This document shows, piece by piece, positions 28,491-36,773 of a stretch of DNA of 64,000 bases; position 1 is the first letter of the stretch, and the number at the start of each line of letters is the position of its first letter. Under the pieces are notes generated by a model. The model saw nothing but the letters and a program-made list of their open reading frames with translations, searched no databases and had not been told where the DNA came from. The position numbers were made by a program, and so were the translations under genes. Where the stretch lies: NCBI GenBank assembly GCA_963664115.2, contig CAXWPJ010000005.1, positions 64,001 through 128,000 on the forward strand. The letters are read 5' to 3'. This stretch comes from Terriglobia bacterium (lineage in GTDB: Bacteria > Acidobacteriota > Terriglobia > 20CM-2-55-15).

Positions 28491-28507
28491 CGCTTACTCC
28501 CTCGGGG

Positions 28508-29146
28508 TTATCTGGGCGCCAGGATATCGGATCTGTTGATCCGCACCTGTCGGGTTTCACCGGCCCTTTCGAGTACGACCCCTTGATCGTTGATTTGGCT
28601 GACAGTCTCTTCCCCGAGCCGGTCCCCGAGCCGGACAACGCGGGAATCGACAACGGCCCAAGCACCCTCTTCACCTGCAACGATTACCGAAACCGTGTAT
28701 TGGGGCAGGACGCGTACCTGCTCGGGCAGTGGCGCCAGAATCGGTTCCGGCAGATTTATGATTTCCGGTATTAGTGGTTGCGGAGCCAGCGCCGCGATTT
28801 CCTCAGGGGTAAGGAAAGGATTTCGCCCCCATGCGCCTGCGGGCAGCACGGCTAGCTGTTCTGGCAGTGTTGCATCACCCACGATCGCCGGTGCGGGTGT
28901 CAGTCCGGCAGCTATTGTAAGTGGCGCAACTACTGCGGGTGTCAGTCCGGTAGCGATTGTTGGTGCCGCAACGGGTGCCGGTGCAAGTGCAGGCGGAGCG
29001 GTCGCTGCCCTCTGCCCGACCGTTTCAGCTTGCTGAGTCACGATCGGGGCTGTCGGCCGCGAGCGACGCACCTGTAGCGTGATTACACCGGATACAGCAA
29101 TGGCGCCCGCGAACAGAATGAGCATTTGTTTGGCTTTCTCGCTCAT
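28508..29146 (-). CDS. PilP/MshK/GspC-like assembly protein
   Basis: N-terminal TM, Ala/Pro-rich linker with a short internal repeat, WGRNPF motif, beta-rich C-terminus; position before the secretin. Confidence 0.6.
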   Translation of the reverse strand: MSEKAKQMLILFAGAIAVSGVITLQVRRSRPTAPIVTQQAETVGQRAATAPPALAPAPVAAPTIATGLTPAVVAPLTIAAGLTPAPAIVGDATLPEQLAVLPAGAWGRNPFLTPEEIAALAPQPLIPEIINLPEPILAPLPEQVRVLPQYTVSVIVAGEEGAWAVVDSRVVRLGDRLGEETVSQINDQGVVLERAGETRQVRINRSDILAPR

Positions 29147-29727
29147 GCCGCTGTCTCGCTTTGGTAGACACGGAAAGACATCGTCACGGAGATCGTCGAT
29201 GGCTGACGGGTCAGTTGTACAGAAACGAATTCCACGAGTCTGGGAAGATTCCCAACATCACGCACGAACTCTGCCACGTTGCGATAGTCCGCACTGAAAC
29301 CTACGGTGACGGTTATGTGCCGCAGAATTCCGACGGATTGCATCAAGGCTTGGTCCGGCGACAGTTCCGCGCCATCTGCGATCACGAATTCTTCAGTAGC
29401 CAGCTCGAAACGGCCCAACTGGTTCAAGGTTGCCAGCCGCGTCACGTCCTGAAGCAGAGCGGGAATTTCCGCGTCGGCCAAAAGCATGCTTGCCATAAGA
29501 TTTTGGTCTGTTGACCACCGGGCGCGTTCCTCATCTGTGGGGAGCACGATGGCTTCCGCTTGCCGCTCCATCCCGGCCAGTTCGTCCTGCCCTTCAGTTG
29601 CGGCCGCTTCCAGCTTTCCCATCTGCAATGTCAGCATGACGACACCCGCGATCGAGAGGACAATCGCAGCTCCGTAGCCAACAACATGCATGTCGAGTCC
29701 TTCTAGAGCTTTGATTTTAAAAGGCAT
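29143..29727 (-). CDS. PilO/MshJ/GspM-like protein
   Basis: TM, coiled coil, EIPALL, ITVTVGFSADYRNVAEFV..LPRLV. Confidence 0.75.
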   Translation of the reverse strand: MPFKIKALEGLDMHVVGYGAAIVLSIAGVVMLTLQMGKLEAAATEGQDELAGMERQAEAIVLPTDEERARWSTDQNLMASMLLADAEIPALLQDVTRLATLNQLGRFELATEEFVIADGAELSPDQALMQSVGILRHITVTVGFSADYRNVAEFVRDVGNLPRLVEFVSVQLTRQPSTISVTMSFRVYQSETAA

Positions 29728-31223
29728 CGAACCTCAAATGTGACGCGGCTTGCAATGACAGGGTTGAACGTCGAGTCCGCGTCCTCGGGAGCTTGCACGT
29801 CTTCGTACGTGACGTTCAAGGGTTTGCTCAGCTCGACGGACGTAAAATGCTCCAGGCTTCGAAGGTCGTCGAAAAAGCGCGAAAAATCGGCATTCGTTTG
29901 TCCCTGGGCTCCTCTGAGATAGCCGGTAACCACCAGAGCATTGGTATCACCACTTACGATCTGTATCGTTTCAAAAACGGCGGTGTCCGGGACGATAAGA
30001 CTCAAACTGCGTAGCGTTTCCTGCCAATCAACCTCTGACGCCATCCGGCCCATGAAGGAAGCACGTGTGCCGGCAAGACTGCGATCTGCGTCGCCGGCCG
30101 CTCCTTCAGACAGCACCGGCTCCAAGGCAACGATCGATGCGTCAATGTCCAGCTGCTGGGCCGTCAGTTGACGTGATCCGGTGACGTAGCGAATCCCGAA
30201 AAGCAGCAGGATACCCATGGCCAACATCGCGGCGATTTTGACCAGCTTCTTATACGCGGGTGGCCCTTCTTTCGTTCCCGCCTTTCCGGGAATCAGGTTC
30301 AGGCCTTCGTCGGTGGAAGCGCGCCACGCTACGCCGAAAGCCGGCGCCAGTGAAGGTATGTGGAAACGAAACTCCTCCCATTCGCCCTTGAATGCGGATG
30401 GGTCCAGATTGTCGTCGAATCGCAGGACGTTGGTCTCGATTCCCAGTTCTGATTTCACTTTGGAGACCATCGAGCCGATCATGTCGCTTTCTCCCGAAAA
30501 CAACATCTCGTCGATCTGGCCCTGGGGGAAATTCTGCCGGAAGTACAGCGTCGAGCGCTTGATTTCGGTCATCAAGCGATCGAACTGCTGCTCGGGTTCG
30601 ACATCCTTAAAACTGATGGGTATGTCACGGCAGAGCAGCATCGCGCCTTCTTGAATGAAGAGGACGTGAACACTGCCGACGCCGAAATGAACGATCGTCT
30701 TGACGACGTCGTTCTTCCAGTACCCGATGTGCTTGACCAGGTTAAGCAGTGCTTCACCGACGGTTGTAACCTTCTGGAGTTTGAGGTTGGAGCCGCCAAA
30801 GAATTCCTGGGCCTCAGTGACGATATTGGTTGCCGCAGTGACCAGCAGTATCTGGCGTTTCTTGATGCCAAGTTCTTCCTTGGCTCTCAGGATTTCGAAG
30901 TCAGAAAAGGTTTCAGTAACGCCCGCTGGAGCCGACTTCTTGGCCTCGCGCTGCATGACGAATCGAAGCTCTCTTCCCGACAGCGGCGGCAGGGTCAGCA
31001 ACCGATGTTCGACCTGCACGCCGTTCGAGGCCACCACTGCTTCTTTCGCCTCGAAGCCGCGTACCTGCAGTGTGTGGTTGAGCTGGTCCAACCTTCTTCC
31101 GGGGTCGATGGCGCGATTATCGATTATGGCGAAGTTGTAAACCTTCAGTCGCCGGCCATAACCCACCTCAACGAGCTTGATGCTCTCCGGCGAGAATTCG
31201 ATTCCGAGGACCCTGTTTGCCAT
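29703..31223 (-). CDS. fused PilM-PilN (MshI/GspL-like) protein
   Basis: LGIEFSPESIKLVEV actin-like PilM start, LNLIP motif, TM, periplasmic PilN-like domain. Confidence 0.75.
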   Translation of the reverse strand: MANRVLGIEFSPESIKLVEVGYGRRLKVYNFAIIDNRAIDPGRRLDQLNHTLQVRGFEAKEAVVASNGVQVEHRLLTLPPLSGRELRFVMQREAKKSAPAGVTETFSDFEILRAKEELGIKKRQILLVTAATNIVTEAQEFFGGSNLKLQKVTTVGEALLNLVKHIGYWKNDVVKTIVHFGVGSVHVLFIQEGAMLLCRDIPISFKDVEPEQQFDRLMTEIKRSTLYFRQNFPQGQIDEMLFSGESDMIGSMVSKVKSELGIETNVLRFDDNLDPSAFKGEWEEFRFHIPSLAPAFGVAWRASTDEGLNLIPGKAGTKEGPPAYKKLVKIAAMLAMGILLLFGIRYVTGSRQLTAQQLDIDASIVALEPVLSEGAAGDADRSLAGTRASFMGRMASEVDWQETLRSLSLIVPDTAVFETIQIVSGDTNALVVTGYLRGAQGQTNADFSRFFDDLRSLEHFTSVELSKPLNVTYEDVQAPEDADSTFNPVIASRVTFEVRCLLKSKL

Positions 31224-31226
31224 AAG

Positions 31227-32426
31227 CTAGCCTTGAAAGCTCTGCATCATCTGGTAGAGCGGTAGATAGATTGCAAGAGCCACTGTCAACACTACACAAG
31301 CGAGAAACACGTAGAGCAAGGGTTCCATCGTTGCAAACACGCGCTTGATCGTGGCTGGAATTTCTTTATCGTAGTAAACGCAGATCCTCGCCAGGGAAGT
31401 ATCCAATTGGCCACTGGTTTCTCCAACTCGAAATACCCGAATTACCATTGGCGGATGGCCCGTGGCCGTCAGCGATTTCGCGATCGATTCTCCAGCCCGT
31501 ATCTCGTTCCGAATCACAGCTGTCGCGTTACCCAGGACCCGGTTGCCAACCACCGTTTGGAGAATCTGAAGGGTTTGGGAAATATCGACGCCGGCGTTGA
31601 AAAGGATCTGGAAAAAATGGCAGAAGCGGGACAAGGCGATGTCACGCACGAGCACACCAAAAATTGGAATCTTGAGCATCCATCCATCGATTCGGAGTTC
31701 GCCTGCATCGGTGCGACGCCAGAAAAAGAATCCGAAGCCAATCATGACGACCATGCCGATGAGCAGCCACCAGTAACCCACCAGTAATTCGCTTAATGTG
31801 AACAGGATCTGAGTCGGCAAGGGCATGGGGCCGCGTGCCTGGCTGAGAACGTTTGAAAACTGGGGGAACACGACAGTCGCGAGCAGGACCACCAGTCCTC
31901 CTACAGCGGAAAGCACCATGATCGGGTAGATCAATGCCTGAGTGATGTCTCTCCGGAGGTCTCCCTTCCACTCCAGGAAATTTGCGAGATCAGCCAGAAC
32001 CCGGTCGAGGTTTCCGGAGTCCTCTCCCGCCTGGATAATGCTGACATACACGTCGTCAAACACCTCGGGGTGGCGTCCGAATGCGGCGGACATACTTGAA
32101 CCTGCTTCGACACTCGCAAGCATGTCGCTGATGACGAGCTTCATCTTGACCTTGTCAGCGCCTTCCGCCAGATCCCAGAGCGTGGCTGTGAGTGAAATAC
32201 CGACTGAGAGCATGGTTGCCATATCCGAGGTGAAATTCAGGACGTCTCGGGTCTTAATCCTTTCGAAGAGACGCCCGCTTTCCTCTTTCTTTTTTGCCGG
32301 TCCGGCTTGGATCAGGAACAGATTCTGTGCGTCAAGCAGATCGGCGAGGATATCTTCGTCGTCGGCTTCCAGAACCCCTGTAACTGTTCGTCCGCCTTCA
32401 TCTTTCGCTCTGTATTCAAATTCCAT
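31227..32426 (-). CDS. inner-membrane platform protein (PilC/GspF/MshG)
   Basis: FEYRAKD, AGEDSGNLD, ALIYP, LPLPT-like MPLPTQ, GETSGQLD, MEP, AIYLPL. Confidence 0.93.
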   Translation of the reverse strand: MEFEYRAKDEGGRTVTGVLEADDEDILADLLDAQNLFLIQAGPAKKKEESGRLFERIKTRDVLNFTSDMATMLSVGISLTATLWDLAEGADKVKMKLVISDMLASVEAGSSMSAAFGRHPEVFDDVYVSIIQAGEDSGNLDRVLADLANFLEWKGDLRRDITQALIYPIMVLSAVGGLVVLLATVVFPQFSNVLSQARGPMPLPTQILFTLSELLVGYWWLLIGMVVMIGFGFFFWRRTDAGELRIDGWMLKIPIFGVLVRDIALSRFCHFFQILFNAGVDISQTLQILQTVVGNRVLGNATAVIRNEIRAGESIAKSLTATGHPPMVIRVFRVGETSGQLDTSLARICVYYDKEIPATIKRVFATMEPLLYVFLACVVLTVALAIYLPLYQMMQSFQG

Positions 32427-32432
32427 GTTCGT

Positions 32433-34091
32433 CTACACCGAGCGCGCTATTTCGTCGATCGTCGTAAGCCCTTTCCGGGCCTGCGCCAGTCCATCTTCCT
32501 GCATGGTAATCATGCCCTCTTCTCTCGCCAGCTTGTGAACTTCGCTGGCGGCGGCCTGATCCATGATGGCCTTTCGGATATGTTCGTTCATCAGCATGAC
32601 TTCCGAAACCGCTGTTCGGCCTCGATATCCGGTGTTTTCACAATTGCTGCATCCAGCGCCTTTGAAGAATTCGGCTTTTGGAGCGCTCATGCGCCGCAGG
32701 AGTCGGGGATCGGGCTCTGTCGGTTCGCGGCAGAATTCACAGATCTGCCGGACCAGACGTTGGGCGATGATGCCGACCACTGAAGACGCCACCAGATAGG
32801 GTTCCACTCCCATGTCCAGCAGTCGGGGAACCGTCGATGCGGCGTCGTTCGTATGCAGCGTGCTGAACACCAGCAAGCCGGTCAAAGCTGCCCGGATCGC
32901 CGTGTCTACCGTCTCGTTGTCGCGCATCTCACCGACCAGCACGGTGTCGGGATCCTGCCTCAAGATTGCCCGGAGCCCGGCCGCGTACGTTAATCCCGCG
33001 CGGACGTTGATCTGCGATTGACGAATCAGAGGAAGCTCATATTCGACCGGGTCTTCCAGTGTAATGATTTTCCGTTCCGGTGTGCTAATTCTGAGCAGCG
33101 CCGCATAAAGTGTCGTCGTTTTTCCCGAACCCGTCGGACCCGTCACCAGAACGATCCCGTTGGGATGCTCGATTGCCTCAACCAGGCGCTCCAGGTTTGC
33201 TTCGGAAAAGCCGAGCTTTTCCAGGCCGATCGTCAGTTGTTCTTTGTTTAAGACGCGCAGAACGATGTTTTCACCAAAGATCGTGGGGAACGTGCCGATT
33301 CGAAGATCGATCGGCTTGCTATAGATTTCGATCGTGGCCTTACCGTCCTGAGGGAGGCGCGATTCGGAGATGTTGAGATTTCCCATGATCTTGATGCGGG
33401 AAAGGACTGCCCGTTCAAGTTTCTTGGGAATATAGGGGCCCTGGTGGAGTACGCCGTCCACTCGAAAACGGATGCGCATCATGTTTTTTTCGGGTTCGAA
33501 ATGTATGTCGGTCGCGCGCTTCCGAACGCCATCGATGATGATAGTGTCGATCAACTTGACGACAGGAGCGACCATAGCCAGATCTTCGCGGGTGTCACTT
33601 CCGGCAGCGTCAGCCTGGCTTGTGGCTTCCTTGATTAAATTTTCGATGTCTTCGGTTTCACGTCCGGCGCCGTAGTACTTGTCGATGGTCGTTAGGATGT
33701 CGAATTCGCTTGAAGACACAACTTTGACGAACTGTGCAGTCATCCGTCCGACGTCGTCGACCGCACCGACGTCGAGGGGATCAGCCATCGCGACGGTAAT
33801 CGATCCTTCATCGGACGAGACCGGGAACAACTTTTTGTCTCGCGCGTATTGCTCTGGAATCGATTCGATGATGGTGGGGTCGATGGATTGGAGGCGGAGA
33901 CTGATGTACTCGATTCCAGCGGCTTCGGCCAGGACGCGCGTCATTGCGTCCTCGGTGACCAGATTCAGGCGACGCATCACGACGCCGAGCCTGTCACCGC
34001 CGCGCGCCTGCTCGGCGAGTGCAAATTCGAGCTGGTCTTCGGAAATCAGACCGGCCCGAATCAACTGCTGTCCTGTTCTGTTGTCTGCCAT
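32433..34091 (-). CDS. assembly ATPase (PilB/GspE/MshE) with N-terminal MshEN domain
   Basis: ATDIHFEP, GPTGSGKTTT, LRQDPD, GEMRD, STLHTN, CxxC...CxxC; RTGQQLIRAGLISEDQLEFALAEQ. Confidence 0.95.
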   Translation of the reverse strand: MADNRTGQQLIRAGLISEDQLEFALAEQARGGDRLGVVMRRLNLVTEDAMTRVLAEAAGIEYISLRLQSIDPTIIESIPEQYARDKKLFPVSSDEGSITVAMADPLDVGAVDDVGRMTAQFVKVVSSSEFDILTTIDKYYGAGRETEDIENLIKEATSQADAAGSDTREDLAMVAPVVKLIDTIIIDGVRKRATDIHFEPEKNMMRIRFRVDGVLHQGPYIPKKLERAVLSRIKIMGNLNISESRLPQDGKATIEIYSKPIDLRIGTFPTIFGENIVLRVLNKEQLTIGLEKLGFSEANLERLVEAIEHPNGIVLVTGPTGSGKTTTLYAALLRISTPERKIITLEDPVEYELPLIRQSQINVRAGLTYAAGLRAILRQDPDTVLVGEMRDNETVDTAIRAALTGLLVFSTLHTNDAASTVPRLLDMGVEPYLVASSVVGIIAQRLVRQICEFCREPTEPDPRLLRRMSAPKAEFFKGAGCSNCENTGYRGRTAVSEVMLMNEHIRKAIMDQAAASEVHKLAREEGMITMQEDGLAQARKGLTTIDEIARSV

Positions 34092-34314
34092 AATTCAAAA
34101 ACGAGATCCGACGTCTGACCACCACCCGCAGCAATGCGCATACCCCAGGCGGCACTTGACCGCACCGGGGCACTCGTCTCCAATCATTAGTTTACTGCAG
34201 CGCTAACACGCGCGGCCAGCAAACCAGATCGAAAACACAGCCACGACTGGTTAGGGAAACCGAGACTGAACGAGGTGTAAAACAGGCGGGCGCAAATCCC
34301 TTACAACTCAAACC

Positions 34315-34344
34315 ACTATAGGTTTACAAGTCTAATGTTGTCAA
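34315..34344 (-). promoter_or_regulatory. sigma70-type promoter of the pilus assembly operon
   Basis: Minus strand TTGACA-N18-TATAGT. Confidence 0.55.
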
Positions 34345-34790
34345 GGGAATAACTTAAAAGGAGCTGGTCGCTGCGCGGCTCGGTCATGGGTCTGTGCGAG
34401 CGACGGCCTGAGTTGATGATCGTTCGAATCGTGGGCGATCTTCAGGTGAACTGCGTTTGGTCGACGTTCAGCCTTGCTCATCTACTTCTGAGCTCGTCAA
34501 TTTATAGTGTTGTCATGCTGGCGGATTTTTATTTTCTCAAGTTTCACATACGAATATGGGATTCGTCCGTCAAGTAATTGTAGGGCGTGAACCAAAGGCC
34601 TGACGCAGGGTTCGGATTTTTGACACTGGGTTTGGAGGTCGATTCGCTTAGTTCATCCCTAAGTAGCTCCACTATAAGGGATTGAGCTTGGGTCCGTCGG
34701 CAACGTTGGTCGCCCGAAACTGGCATTCGAACTGCTTGAACGACCATGGACGACGCGGGAGAGATCAACACAGGTGGTCTGGGAGGTCAC

Positions 34791-35216
34791 ATGATAGCCA
34801 TTGAGTTTCTGAGTGAATTTCGGAAAACGCAGGACGTTTTTAATTGGAAATATGTCGAAAACGGTCAGATCCGGGGTTTCCTGAAGTCAGGGGAGATCGC
34901 TGAGGCATTCGACCCGATTGCGGCGACGCTGTTCATCAATCGTCAGACCAACCACCAAGTATCCGATCCGGGCGAGGCTCTGGGACTCTCAGTGACGGAC
35001 AGCGAAGCGATCAACGATGCGGCAAACGGCAGCATTTGGAAATCCCTAGACGGCAAACTGGCGCTGGACGGTTTCGCCGCGTGGTTGAGAGATGAGATCG
35101 CTTTGGCTGTCGATCTGGAACCGTGTGAAGTCCCGCAGGCCACCCCGACCCAATTAACGGGAACTGCCGTTAATGCGGTGGAGTCGCTGCTCGAGCCGGA
35201 ACCGCAACACGTCTGA
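34791..35216 (+). CDS. hypothetical protein
   Basis: GGAGG RBS before ATG 34791; fills the gap before the AAA gene. Confidence 0.6.
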   Translation: MIAIEFLSEFRKTQDVFNWKYVENGQIRGFLKSGEIAEAFDPIAATLFINRQTNHQVSDPGEALGLSVTDSEAINDAANGSIWKSLDGKLALDGFAAWLRDEIALAVDLEPCEVPQATPTQLTGTAVNAVESLLEPEPQHV

Positions 35217-35253
35217 GCGATTGCTCTATGCTTAATCCGTCAGTTGGGGTCAG

Positions 35254-36438
35254 ATGAATAGCGCAAGTAAACCTCAACCCGTGGTCCTCGATCCGGAGGC
35301 GCGCAGTCCTGAGCTCCTCGAGTTCGAGCAACGGCTTCGATCTCAGGTGATCGGCCAGGACCGCGCTGTACGTCGGATGGTAAACATGTACCAGGTCTTT
35401 CTAGCCGGGATGAACATGCCCGGTCGACCGGTCGGTACCATGTTGTTTCTTGGCCCCACAGGGTCGGGCAAGACCCGAGTCGTAGAAGCCGCTGCAGACA
35501 TCCTTTTCGGCAGCCCGCGCGCGTTCATAAAGATTGATTGTGCAGAGTTTCAGCACAGTCACGAGATAGCCAAGCTAATCGGATCTCCGCCGGGATACCT
35601 CGGACATCGGGAGACTCCACCGTTGCTGACTCAAGAGGCCCTCGATCAACACCATACGGATGAACTTAAGCTCAGTTTTGTCTTGTTTGATGAAATCGAG
35701 AAGGCAGACGATGCCCTCTGGCAGCTTTTGTTGGGCGTTCTCGACAAGGGGACGCTGACACTCGGTGACAATCGCCAGGTGGATTTTTCCAGTACACTGG
35801 TCTTGATGACGTCGAATCTGGGTGCGGCTGAGATGAGTGCCCTGATGGAAGGCGGAATTGGGTTCGCGAGTAACCCCGCCGAGCATGAGGATCTCACCCT
35901 GATCGACGAGAAGATTTACAGAACCGCGACTACGGTTGCCCGCAAGAAGTTCACTCCCGAGTTCATGAACAGGATCGATAAGGTTGTCGTGTTCCGGACT
36001 TTGACACAAGACCATCTCAAAGAGATTGTGGAGCTGGAACTGGATGACGTTCGAAGGCGAGTACTCGAATCACAGGCGGACAGGCAATTCATCCTTCACT
36101 GCTCTGACCGTGTTAAGAACTACTTCGTCGAGGAAGGGACGGATCTCCGATACGGCGCCCGACACCTCAAGAGAGTGATCGAACGTAATCTGGTGTTTCC
36201 GTTATCCAACTTGATTGCCACCGACCAGATTGAGTTGGGAGACGTTATCCGGGCGGATCTCGACGAAGAGACCCAGAGGCTCACGTTTGTCAGAGAACCG
36301 TCCGCCGCCTTTGTGGACACATTGGACCTTGCAAACAACCGGCCCTACAGTTTGATCGCTTCCGAACCGTCCGAGCTAACGGACGACACGGGTGCGCCCT
36401 CCCTGCCCTCCCCTCAGGGCATTCAGAACGTATGTTAG
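35254..36438 (+). CDS. stand-alone ClpA/ClpB D2-type AAA+ ATPase
   Basis: VIGQ, LFLGPTGSGKT, LIGSPPGYLG, LFDEIEKA, MTSNLG, PEFMNRID, YGARHLKR; no N domain or D1 module. Confidence 0.9.
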   Translation: MNSASKPQPVVLDPEARSPELLEFEQRLRSQVIGQDRAVRRMVNMYQVFLAGMNMPGRPVGTMLFLGPTGSGKTRVVEAAADILFGSPRAFIKIDCAEFQHSHEIAKLIGSPPGYLGHRETPPLLTQEALDQHHTDELKLSFVLFDEIEKADDALWQLLLGVLDKGTLTLGDNRQVDFSSTLVLMTSNLGAAEMSALMEGGIGFASNPAEHEDLTLIDEKIYRTATTVARKKFTPEFMNRIDKVVVFRTLTQDHLKEIVELELDDVRRRVLESQADRQFILHCSDRVKNYFVEEGTDLRYGARHLKRVIERNLVFPLSNLIATDQIELGDVIRADLDEETQRLTFVREPSAAFVDTLDLANNRPYSLIASEPSELTDDTGAPSLPSPQGIQNVC

Positions 36439-36527
36439 TCGGCCTCAATTAGTTAGACCGAGGTCACAGAGCGACGAGGACCTCCAGAATCGCTAATGCT
36501 GGAGGGCGCTTCTACCGATCTAGAGGT

Positions 36528-36758
36528 ATGAGCCGGGTCGTACAGTTTCGTCTTCAGAGAGATGCCGCCGAAGAGTCCTCAGACCAAGGCCTTGTGGAGA
36601 ACGGAGATGACCGGACAGCCGCAGACATGGATTCCCCCGATGGGATCGAATTCGAGTGTCGATCTGGGCTGGACCCTTCTGAATGGGGCGTTCCCCGTGC
36701 CTTCTTCGTCGTTGCCGCCCCTGTCGAGAGAACCGTCGATTCCAACACTGCCTCCTAG
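36528..36758 (+). CDS. small hypothetical protein
   Basis: GAGGT before ATG; no recognisable motif. Confidence 0.3.
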   Translation: MSRVVQFRLQRDAAEESSDQGLVENGDDRTAADMDSPDGIEFECRSGLDPSEWGVPRAFFVVAAPVERTVDSNTAS

Positions 36759-36773
36759 TTGCGCCCGGGGGAC

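Noticed and set aside
28892-28960. Short direct repeat (TIATGLTPA / TIAAGLTPA) in the PilP-like gene
   Set aside because: In-frame, diverged duplication in a low-complexity linker; ordinary.
34092-34314. c-di-GMP riboswitch in the ~210-nt leader of the assembly operon
   Set aside because: No recognisable GEMM-I or GEMM-II consensus by eye; an Infernal scan would be needed.
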